A stretch of 40,000 nt of DNA from Rhodospirillales bacterium (lineage in GTDB: Bacteria; Pseudomonadota; Alphaproteobacteria; Reyranellales; Reyranellaceae). Position 1 is the first letter of the stretch. Every line of letters starts with the position of its first letter. Below are positions 16,352 through 24,435 of this stretch, one piece after another. A program made the translations under genes and the position numbers. The DNA is taken from NCBI GenBank assembly GCA_009377525.1, contig WHTW01000006.1, positions 1 through 40,000 on the forward strand. The letters are read 5' to 3'. Below the pieces are notes generated by a model. That model saw only the letters and a list, made by a program, of their open reading frames with translations, did no database searches and was not told the origin of the DNA.

Positions 16352-18978
16352 TCCCGGTGGACGCCGACTTGATAGCGCCGCTAGAGGAGCCCTCGCTCCG
16401 CTCGGGCGCGGCTATGCGCGAGCAGGAGAACTTGGAGCGCGAAGCGTTTGAAACGGGAAGGCGGCGGCTCAATGCATTCCTAAGGAAAGCCCGAGAGACA
16501 GGCACGGAGAGCTTCACAGCGCCGGGACAGTGGATTGTCCGGCAAGTGATCGGCCCCATGGCGGATATGCTGTCGCAAGAGTTTGTGACCAGCAATAGCG
16601 CCCGTGCCACGAGAGGCGGAGCGATGATCCACGCCATCAAGGACATGGACCCGCTCTTCCTTTGCGCCGTTGCGGCCCGCACGGCTCTAAACGGTGCGTG
16701 GTCTCGGGACAACGGAGGAAAGCTCTCGCTAACGCTGGTGTCCGCCAAGATCGGCGCGGCCATCGAAGACGAGTGGCGGTGGCACGAGTGGCGAAAGCTC
16801 GACCCAAAGCAAGCGCGATGGGCACAAGACGTTGTGAACGAAGGTCGTAGTGCGGGCGGAGCCCGTTACAAGCGAGCAGCGGCGCGCAAGGTGGGCGGCT
16901 TGTTCCTCCCGGAAGAGCTATTGGCTCCGTGGCCGTCCGACAAGCAAGTAGCGCTCGGGTTGCGCTTCGTGGACTACATGGTTAGCCCGTCAGTCGGCCT
17001 TTTCGAGGTGACTAAAATGTTGTCCGGACGCCGTGGACCCTCAAAGGCCAAGCTCGCACTTAAGCTCAGCCCAATCGCAGTCCAGCGAGCCGACGAAGTC
17101 GTAGACCTCTTCGCCACTTCTCAGGCGCTCACGTGGCCGCTCATCGTTCCGCCAAAGCCCTGGACGGCGCCTACTGGAGGCGGATTTTGGTTCCGCGAAA
17201 GGACAGCCACCGACATTTGCCCGGAAGGTCTCAAGCCGTTCCCGCTGGTCCGATGGGCAAGCCCCGAGCAACGCAAGGCGCTCGATCGCGCTGATCTCTC
17301 CACCGTGTACGCGGGTCTCAACGCGGTCCAAGAGACTCCCTGGAGGATCAACAAGCGCGTCCTTGGGGTTTGGTCTGCGATGCTCGACGGCGGCTTCGGC
17401 CCAACAGACGATATCGTCGAGTGGGATAACGAAGAGCCGCCCGAGCGCGTCCCCGATGACGAGTGGGAAGACATGTCGGACGAAGACCGCCTCGAACACC
17501 GGCACGAAATATCAGAAGTCTTTGGACGAAACCGCAAGGCCGTCTCAAAGCGCGTGCGTCAGCATCGCCTCAAGCGTGTGGTTGATCGCTTCGCCAAGTA
17601 TCCGGCGATCTACTTTGCTTACAACTGTGACAGACGAGGCCGCGTCTATACATCGTCTTCGGATATCTCGCCTCAAGGGAGCCGTCTAGAGAAGGGACTG
17701 CTGGAGTTTGCGGTCGGGGATGAGCTTTCGGATACAGGCGAGGCCCCCTCGCCGATCCGCTCGGGCGTGTACTGGCTCAAGGTGGTAGTGGCGAACTACT
17801 ACGGCTTCGACAAGGTGAGCTTCGATGACCGGGCGAAGTGGACAGACGCAAACAAAGAGATGATCCTCTCGGTAGCAGCCCGTCCTCTTGATGACCAAAG
17901 ATGGTGGAGCGCGAGCGAGAAAACGAGATGGCAGTTCCTTGCCGCGTGCTTTGCCTATCAGGAGTGGAAGGAAGAGACGACGGCCGGCCGGCGGTACGTC
18001 TGCCACTTGCCGGTGATGCTCGACGGCACTTGCAATGGGCTCCAGCATTGGGCGGCATTATTGCGTGACGAGAAGGTTGGGCAGTTCGTCAATCTTGTGC
18101 CCGGTGACAAGCCCATGGACCTCTACGGGAGGGTTGCCAGTAGGGCGAGGGAGGAGATCGAAAGAGCGGTCGAGAGACGGCAACAGTGGGCGCTCGAATG
18201 CCAAGCGCTCGGGATCGACCGCAACTTCGCCAAGCCGGTCGTCATGGGCTTCCCTTACGGGCGGACCCGGTGGTCGATCTACGAGGAGATTGAGAAGGCG
18301 TTGCGGCGGAAGATAGAGAAGAGCGACGGCTCAAGTCCAAACTGGTGGACCGACAAAGAGGCTCGCTCGGGTGTCGTCAAGTTCCTCGTGGAGACGCTTT
18401 GGACGGCCACGATTGCGGAGACTGAGAAGCCCGATGCGGGGCGCAAGTATCTACAAGCGGTTGCCCAAGAGTGGAAGAAGGCCGCACCGGATACGCCGTT
18501 GGCTTGGATGAGCCCGAGCGGCTTCCCCGTGGTCCTGGCGCGGCGTGACCAAGGGCCAATCGAAGGGCGCGTCCGGGAGAAGCTCTTGGGAAAGCTTGTC
18601 ATGCCCAGATTGTGGGCCGGCAAGGGTGCGCTCTACTGGTCGAAGCTGATCTCAGCCATTGCACCCGGCTTCATTCATAGCTTGGACGGAGCCCACTTGG
18701 TCATCGCGCTTGGGGCGGCGGCCCGTTCGGAGATCAATCAGCTAGCGTGTGTGCACGATAGTTTTGGGACAACCCCGGAACGGGCTGGTGATTTGGCGAA
18801 GGTGCTCCGGGAGACGTTCTCGGAGATGTACGCCGAGGGTGATCCCATAGCCGCCCTTGAGGAAGCCCTCAGGCAAGCCGGCGGGCACCCGAACGCAGCA
18901 CCGATCCCGCACGGTCGACCGGAACCGGGGGGCCTTGACGTGGGCGCCATGCGCGGTTCGCTCTACGCGTTCGGGTAA
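16342..18978 (+). CDS. T7-like single-subunit DNA-dependent RNA polymerase (about 873-878 aa; start uncertain: TTG 16342, GTG 16357 or ATG 16414)
   Basis: Motif A [22 protein letters not shown] matches T7 [34 protein letters not shown] matches T7 WFPYNMDWRGRVY. Motif B region is [10 protein letters not shown] and motif C is VHDSFGT. The C-terminus is LYAFG. The length is close to the 883 aa of T7 RNAP. Confidence 0.93.
   Translation: [878 protein letters not shown]
16390..16406 (-). repeat. Copy of the CCCGAGCGGAGCGAGGG island motif (inverted orientation) inside the RNAP 5' end
   Basis: ccctcgctccgctcggg is the reverse complement of the 9546 motif, one C shorter. Confidence 0.75.
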
Positions 18979-18992
18979 AGGGCGGTTGCGGA

Positions 18993-19060
18993 CCCGTACA
19001 GACGATCCAGGGCTTCGCGTGGGGAAAAACCCTCCGGGAAACCTAAATCGTCTGTACGGG
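18993..19060 (+). repeat. 14-bp perfect inverted repeat with a 40-nt spacer just downstream of the RNAP stop
   Basis: cccgtacagacgat (18993-19006) and atcgtctgtacggg (19047-19060). No U-run follows. Confidence 0.7.
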
Positions 19061-19208
19061 CTCCCTAGCCTAGCTAGCGTCGATCAGGGCACTTGACAGG
19101 CCGGCGGGAAGTCGATAACGGCCGCACCACCGACTGTGGCCCGCTTGCCATATTTAGTTAGCCATCTACCTTGCGGAGAGAGATCACTCAAGGACTTCCC
19201 CGAGAGCT

Positions 19209-19560
19209 TAATGAGGAAGCCCACCGGAGGTGAAGGGCTCATGGCTAATGAGGAGCCCACGTAGATAGATTATCAATGAAACTATCCTACCTCTTCCCGA
19301 GGCCATCAGGCCGAAGGGCTCTCTTCCGAGCGAAGCGAGGCTACTACCCTAGAGGGATCATGAGGGAAGCCCACTGACAGTGGATGTCCTCATGGCGTCC
19401 TAGAGGTAAGGGAAGATAGCCCCTCGGCCCGAAGGCCTCGGGGAAGGGAAGGATAGCCCACCTATAAAGAACCAATGGAAGGATAGCCCTAGAGCCGGTT
19501 CAGGAGCTAGCTCAAGAGACAGCCCCTCGCTCCGCTCGGGGATCAGGATTGATAGCCCAT
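19209..19560 (+). repeat. Array of 7 same-orientation short degenerate repeats (two subfamilies ending in GCCC)
   Basis: T(A/C)ATGAGG(G)A(A)GCCCAC at 19209, 19246 and 19358. GGA(A/T)(G/T)(G)ATAGCCC at 19410, 19446, 19476 and 19546. Spacing is irregular (30-112 bp). Confidence 0.75.
19521..19540 (-). repeat. 20-bp motif (right member of the perfect inverted pair)
   Basis: agcccctcgctccgctcggg is the reverse complement of 9546-9565. Confidence 0.9.
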
Positions 19561-19562
19561 GG

Positions 19563-19838
19563 ATGATCCACCGTCGACGAAGCTCTCGACGAAACCCCCG
19601 TTGTTCCCGAGACCTCCACCGAGGCGGAGCCGATGGGCTACCGAGACGTTCCCAGGGACTTCGCCCGGAGGCCCCCTGGGCCATGGCTGGTGATGGCACC
19701 ACTCGACGCAAACATCTGGGTACCTACGACACTCCCGAAGAAGCCGGAGCGGTCGCCAAAGCAGCCCGCGTGGAGCTTGCAGGCGTGTTCCTGCCCGGCC
19801 CCACTCGATACCGCGCGAAGATGGCGTCCGGCCGATGA
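19563..19838 (+). pseudogene. Relic of an AP2-domain (homing endonuclease-type) gene
   Basis: ...RPEAPWAMAGDGTTRRKHLGTYDTPEEAGAVAKAARVELAGVF parallels GRMKYLGTYDTPEAASLAVQEKSKELRGAF of the intact HNH-AP2 gene. No HNH part is present and the upstream frame is junk. Confidence 0.5.
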
Positions 19839-20150
19839 TTTGGGCTGGGGAAAAATTCCAGTTGGGAATATACGCAAACCCCTAAACGTATCACCTCGGC
19901 GCGCGCGACCCCCCTCTACCCGGCCCGGCCGCCCCTGGCTGGGGCTGGGCACCGCTTCTACGTGTGGGCTCCAGCGAAGCGTTTACGTGCCGCCGCCCAC
20001 GGGAAATCCTTCGCCGCGCCGCGCCCACACCAAGCGGAGCCGAAGGGGTCATCCGTCACTCAATCGGTCACCTCTCTGCCCTAACTCACTGAGCGTGCTC
20101 GGCGCACATGGGATTGCTCGTCCCATAGCGCCGCTTGGGCGCGGCTATCT

Positions 20151-20249
20151 GGGCAGAAAACCCCATCGAACTGCCCTCGGGAAACCCCAATGAATTCAAC
20201 GGCACACTCCCTCGGATTTGCGTGGGCAGAAACCAATTGATTGTTGCCC
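20151..20249 (+). promoter_or_regulatory. Candidate recombinase-binding (res-like) dyads upstream of the serine recombinase
   Basis: GGGCAGAAAA-N10-CTGCCC (20151-20176) and GGGCAGAAAC-CAATTG-ATTGTTGCCC (20224-20249; imperfect dyad centred on CAATTG), ending 43 nt before the ATG. Confidence 0.35.
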
Positions 20250-20291
20250 AGCCGTGGCGTACAAGTGGGCACCTACCAAGGAGCACACACG

Positions 20292-20915
20292 ATGACCACC
20301 AGCACCACCCCGAGGAAGCCCAAGAGAGCCGCCCTGTACCTCCGCGTATCGACCGACCGGCAGACCGTCGAGAACCAGCGGCAAGCCCTGGAGGCCATCG
20401 CAGGCCATCGTGGATGGGATATCGTCGCCACCTACGGTGACAGAGGAGTTAGCGGCGCGAAGGGCCGAAAGGATCGCCCCGAGTTTGACCGGATGCTTAG
20501 CGAAGCGGGACGCGGCAAGTTCGATGTAGTGATGGCCTTCGCCCTGGACCGCATCGGCCGCTCCCTCGGGGACTTGCTTCACACGATCCGCCATCTTGAA
20601 GAGTGCAAGGTCGACCTGTTCATAGACAAACAGATGCTCGATACGACAACGCCCCAAGGGAAGCTCTTGTATGCGGTGACCGGCGCGTTCGCCGAGTTTG
20701 AGCGCGACATGATCGTCCAACGCGTCAACGCTGGGCTAGACCGTGCGCGCACCGCTGGCGTCACCTTGGGCCGCCCGAGGATCGCTGAGAAGACCGAGGC
20801 AGCCATCCGCAAGGCCATCACCAAGGGTGACAAGGGCAAGCACAAGCTCGCCGCTCAGTTCGGCGTGGGCTCGGGGACGGTGGCGCGCATCAAGGCGGAG
20901 ATGGGCCGCACCTAA
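20292..20915 (+). CDS. Serine recombinase, resolvase/invertase family (207 aa)
   Basis: ATG at 20292 preceded by aaggag. AALYLRVSTDRQ (catalytic Ser), VVMAFALDRIGRS, FAEFERDMIVQRVNAGL and a C-terminal HTH (LAAQFGVGSGTVARI). Confidence 0.9.
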   Translation: MTTSTTPRKPKRAALYLRVSTDRQTVENQRQALEAIAGHRGWDIVATYGDRGVSGAKGRKDRPEFDRMLSEAGRGKFDVVMAFALDRIGRSLGDLLHTIRHLEECKVDLFIDKQMLDTTTPQGKLLYAVTGAFAEFERDMIVQRVNAGLDRARTAGVTLGRPRIAEKTEAAIRKAITKGDKGKHKLAAQFGVGSGTVARIKAEMGRT

Positions 20916-21007
20916 ACGCCGTGTACGTGTGAGCACGTAAGAGAAAATGGATATCTGTCTTTTTCAGCAGAGCCATCACAGCCTACCCGAGAGAACCTAA
21001 TAGGGTT

Positions 21008-21087
21008 GACGCATCGCCTTTGCAATGCATCGCGGGGCCATCTCCCGATGCATCACTTACTTGCGCTCCTCTCGATGCATTGCAAAG
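21008..21087. promoter_or_regulatory. Cluster of GATGCAT-type palindromic sites including a 15-bp perfect inverted repeat
   Basis: ctttgcaatgcatcg (21018-21032) and cgatgcattgcaaag (21073-21087), plus cgatgcatc (21046-21054) and gacgcatcg (21008-21016). Confidence 0.45.
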
Positions 21088-21209
21088 ACGATGTTCACAC
21101 TGCAACCGGGCAATACTTTTGATCGTTTGAACGCTTCACCGGAAATCCCTCATGTTGCGCAGACGCGGTGCGAGGGGCTCGCTCGCCCGTATTTCATAGG
21201 AGGAACGAT

Positions 21210-21371
21210 ATGGGCAAGGTCAGTATGCGAACAGTCTTCTATTCGCAGCGTCTTGAGTTCGGCATCTTTGCGTACCGGGGGCTCGCGCCGGTCCAGCCGT
21301 GGGTCGCCAAAGACGGTCCCGGGAACTACTGGCTTGGCCGCTTCAATGTTCTATGGGGCCGCCGTCGCTAG
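21210..21371 (+). CDS. Small hypothetical protein (53 aa)
   Basis: Strong SD taggagga 6-7 nt upstream of ATG 21210. An intrinsic terminator follows about 30 nt downstream. Sequence: MGKVSMRTVFYSQRLEFGIFAYRGLAPVQPWVAKDGPGNYWLGRFNVLWGRRR. Confidence 0.45.
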   Translation: MGKVSMRTVFYSQRLEFGIFAYRGLAPVQPWVAKDGPGNYWLGRFNVLWGRRR

Positions 21372-21402
21372 AAACGGGGGGCGCGCCAGTGGTCCAGTGA
21401 GC

Positions 21403-21434
21403 GGGGTTGCTTCGGCGGCCCCGTTTCCGTTTGG
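21403..21434 (+). terminator. Intrinsic terminator (UUCG-loop hairpin plus T-rich tail)
   Basis: ggggttgc-ttcg-gcggcccc followed by gtttccgttt. Confidence 0.6.
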
Positions 21435-21560
21435 GGTTAGGTACCCGCTCACCCGAAAGGCGGGCACTTCCAAGAGGTCCTCCAGGGTGGTACAAGGGAG
21501 TACAAGCGCGGCTTACCTAAGTCCTTGATTTATAGGCACTTGGGCATGGTCCACCGGCAA

Positions 21561-21583
21561 TTCAATCCTGTCCGGCAGCACCA
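21561..21583 (+). repeat. attR: 23-bp direct repeat (displaced tRNA-Thr 3' end)
   Basis: ttcaatcctgtccggcagcacca is identical to 6341-6363. Confidence 0.85.
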
Positions 21584-21658
21584 GTTTCTTTCCCGATCAT
21601 GTACGCAAATGCTTGCCGGGACACGATCACGCGCCCCGGCAGCACCTGTCGTTTCTGG

Positions 21659-21826
21659 TTAGCGGGTCGTGTAGACCGTCGTCGTGGCCGGCGCCGGGTC
21701 GGCATAGACCACGGTGCGCTCGGAGACGGTCGGCGCGGGCTTCTCGACTACGCGCTCGGAAGTGGCAACGGTGCAGCCCACCACCAGAGCGCTGGCTGCG
21801 ATGGCAATCAGCGGAACGTATTTCAT
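21659..21826 (-). CDS. Tiny lipoprotein (55 aa), TTVY-R family paralog 3
   Basis: Internal ATG (cat at 21824-21826) gives MKYVPLIAIAASALVVGC (lipobox). C-terminus VVYADPAPATTTVYTTR. Lies 76 bp outside attR. Confidence 0.6.
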   Translation of the reverse strand: MKYVPLIAIAASALVVGCTVATSERVVEKPAPTVSERTVVYADPAPATTTVYTTR

Positions 21827-21962
21827 GTTCGGCTCCCTCTGCTGTATCGCCGAGCCAACGGAGCGGCGTCGCGGCGGGTTGCCTGAACAACGTCCGTGAT
21901 CTTTGCCGGACCAGGGAACCGTAGCACGCAACCAAATGCCTGCACCGGCTCGCCGGCGGGCC

Positions 21963-22620
21963 TCATGCCGGTTGCGCGTTGCCTAGTTCCGCATGAAGCC
22001 TTCGGGCTCGCCCTGGGCCCAGCCCAGCGTTCTTCATCGTCTCGCCTTTCATCTGCCGCACCACCATCTGCGTCTGCGGGGCCTGCACCGCGATCTGCTC
22101 GCCGATCTTGTGCGGTGCGGGGAAGGCAGGGACGGACAGGACCTGGTGATCGTGCGGGTTGGGATAGTGATGGAGCGTGCCCTTGGGCGGGCCCTCCTCG
22201 GCCCAGGTCTTGAACGCCGCGAAAGAGGTGAACGGCGGCAGGTCGTAGCCGGCGCTGGCCTCGACCACCTTCTCGGCGGCAGCCCACGGCGAGAGATGGA
22301 CGATCGGCGAGTTGCTTCATCAGGTCGATTCGTGAGCAGCGAGAAGTTGTCGTGTCCCGACTTGGCCTGCACCTGGGCAGCGTCGATCAGCAGGAGCTTG
22401 TTGCCTTGCAAGGTGATGAAATCGACCTGGACCTCGACCTTCTCGTTGGCTTAGGTCGATCTGCGCCTTGCACGCCTCGTTGGACCCAGGCACCCAATGA
22501 CCCCACAGGGCAATCGCCAGCTTGCCGGCAGCATAGGCACCGTGCACGAACGGCGCGGCAACGAACGTCGACGCAGCAACGGTACCACCAACAACGCGAC
22601 GACGCGTGATCTGAAGCCAT
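21963..22620 (-). pseudogene. Decayed ABC-transporter substrate-binding protein gene (frameshifts plus internal deletion)
   Basis: SD plus ATG at 22620 is out of frame by 1 with a Tat-like signal (QITRRRVVGGTVAASTFVAAPFVHGAYA). Fragments in three frames: ...WGHWVPGSNEA, ANEKVEVQVDFITLQGNKLLLIDAAQVQAKSGHDNF, and EKVVEASAGYDLPPFTSFAAFKTWAEEGPPKG. Total length is only about half of a normal SBP. Confidence 0.6.
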
Positions 22621-22753
22621 GGTTTCCTCCGTGCTTTCGGTCCTCGACGGGGCCGTCGGAGGAAACGCCAGGAGCCTCGATCCTTCCTGGCAACGGAATT
22701 CCGCCGCCACTTGTTTGCGCTAAGATGCCGGGCAACGAACCGAGGAGGAGACG

Positions 22754-24022
22754 ATGCGCCTGTTGATCGAAGGTGCGATGGTCTGGGACGGCACCGGCGC
22801 GCCGGCTTTTCCAGGCAAAGTGCTTGTCGAGGGTGAACGGATCGCGGCAATTGCACCGCAATCCGAGACTGTTGCATCAAACGGCGCCGAGCGCCTCGAT
22901 GCCACCGGCAAGTTCGTGATGCCGGGCATGGTCGAAGGCCATGCCCATCTGTCGTTCGTCGACACGCCGCGCGGCACGTGGCTGGGCGAGCTGGCGCCGG
23001 AAGACCATGCGCTGCTCACCATGGACGCCGCTCGCAAGCTTCTGGGCGCGGGCTTCACCAGCGCCTGCTCGGCGGCGGCGGCCAAGGTTCGTCTCGACGT
23101 GGCAGTGCGCGACGCCATCAACCAGGGGCTGACCGACGGTCCGCGCCTGCTCGCCGCCAGCCCCGAACTCACGGTCACCGGCGGTCTGGGCGATGGCCGC
23201 AAGCTGCATCTGCATCAGGACAGCTTCGGCATCGCCGTCGACGGGCCCGACGAGGTGCGCCGCCTGGCGCGGCTCTGCCTGCGCGAGGGCGTCGACACCA
23301 TCAAGCTCAACATCTCGGGCGACTTCGGAACCGAATCCGCGCCGTCGGAGGCCGCCGTCATGACCGACGCGGAGGTGGCGGCGGGCGTCGAAGCCGCCCA
23401 CACGATCGGCCGGCGCGTCGCCGCCCATGCGCGCGCATCGGCTTCGGTCAAACGCGCCGTCAAGCATGGCGTCGACGTGATCTACCATTGTGACTATGCC
23501 GACGAGGAAGCGCTCGACCTCCTGGAGGCGGCGAAGGACCGCGTCTTCACCGGTCCGGCGATCGGCATCGTGCTGGCGCGGCTGGACCAAGTGCGCGGCG
23601 ACAACACGCCCCAGGGCCGCATCTTCTTCGAGCGTCTGAAGCCGCTCTACGAAGCGACCTGCCGCACGCACAACGAGATGCGCCGCCGCGGCATCCGCGT
23701 CGTCGTGGGCGGCGACTATGGCTTCGCCGCCAACCCGCAGGGCACCAACGCCCGCGATCTCGATCACTTCGTGACCCATTTCGGCTTCAGCCCGAGCGAA
23801 GCGCTGCAGGCGGCGACCCGCACCGGCGGCGAGATCATGAAGCGCGGCCACGAGCTCGGCCTGGTCAAGCCGGGCTATCTTGCCGACCTGCTGCTGGTCG
23901 ACGGCGATCCACTCAAGGACGTGCGCGTGCTGCAGGACAAGAAGCGCCTGGCCTTCATCATGAAGGGCGGCGTGCGATACGTGCCGTGCGAAGGCGCACC
24001 GCACGTCAGGCGGCTGCACTAG
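22754..24022 (+). CDS. Amidohydrolase family protein (COG1228-like metal-dependent hydrolase, 422 aa)
   Basis: SD gaggaggag. VMPGMVEGHAHLSF (HxH metal motif) and C-terminal GYLADLLLVDGDPLKD, typical of this family. Confidence 0.85.
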   Translation: MRLLIEGAMVWDGTGAPAFPGKVLVEGERIAAIAPQSETVASNGAERLDATGKFVMPGMVEGHAHLSFVDTPRGTWLGELAPEDHALLTMDAARKLLGAGFTSACSAAAAKVRLDVAVRDAINQGLTDGPRLLAASPELTVTGGLGDGRKLHLHQDSFGIAVDGPDEVRRLARLCLREGVDTIKLNISGDFGTESAPSEAAVMTDAEVAAGVEAAHTIGRRVAAHARASASVKRAVKHGVDVIYHCDYADEEALDLLEAAKDRVFTGPAIGIVLARLDQVRGDNTPQGRIFFERLKPLYEATCRTHNEMRRRGIRVVVGGDYGFAANPQGTNARDLDHFVTHFGFSPSEALQAATRTGGEIMKRGHELGLVKPGYLADLLLVDGDPLKDVRVLQDKKRLAFIMKGGVRYVPCEGAPHVRRLH

Positions 24023-24199
24023 TTCCATGGCACGATGATTTTGACCCGTTGGCAGCCGGCTGGCTGAGAAGCCACCGGGCGGTGCATGCAGTGCCGTCAG
24101 CGGTGCGAGAGGTTTCCGGCGTTTCCGGCGTTTCCGACAGAGAGCCTGGTTGGACTGCACCCCTCGGGTGAGACAGCAAAACGCCGGACAGCTGGTTGA

Positions 24200-24435
24200 T
24201 CATTGATCGAGCTTCTGAAGCTTGAGGTCAAGGCGATGCTCGGGCGGGGGCGGCGCGAAGCCGTCAGCTCGCGCAGCGCCTCCAGCCCACCCTGCCGTAC
24301 CTGGTCCTGCCACTCGTACAGACGCTGCCGGTGGACCTTCAGATCCGCCGCCACTGCCGATGCCGACTCGCCGGCCGCCAGCCGGCCGACCGCTCCTCGC
24401 TTGCTCTCTGCCGATATCACTAAAGGTCGTTTCAT
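24200..24435 (-). pseudogene. IS3-family transposase OrfA-like relic (HTH fragment, frameshifted or truncated)
   Basis: MKRPLVISAESKRGAVGRLAAGESASAVAADLKVHRQRLYEWQDQVRQGGLEAL resembles the FSAEFKRGAV...RW OrfA pattern. A leucine-zipper-like tail (RLDLKLQKLDQ) lies in another frame. No OrfB follows. Confidence 0.45.

Noticed and set aside
19209-19560. Possibility that the short-repeat array is a CRISPR array
   Set aside because: The repeats are only about 14-17 bp, degenerate, of two subtypes and irregularly spaced (30-112 bp). There are no cas genes in the window.
21025-21528. 167-aa + ORF covering the GATGCAT palindromes and the 53-aa ORF region
   Set aside because: Ser/Arg-rich junk translation that crosses a palindrome cluster and an intrinsic terminator. 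The 53-aa frame with a strong SD is the better candidate.
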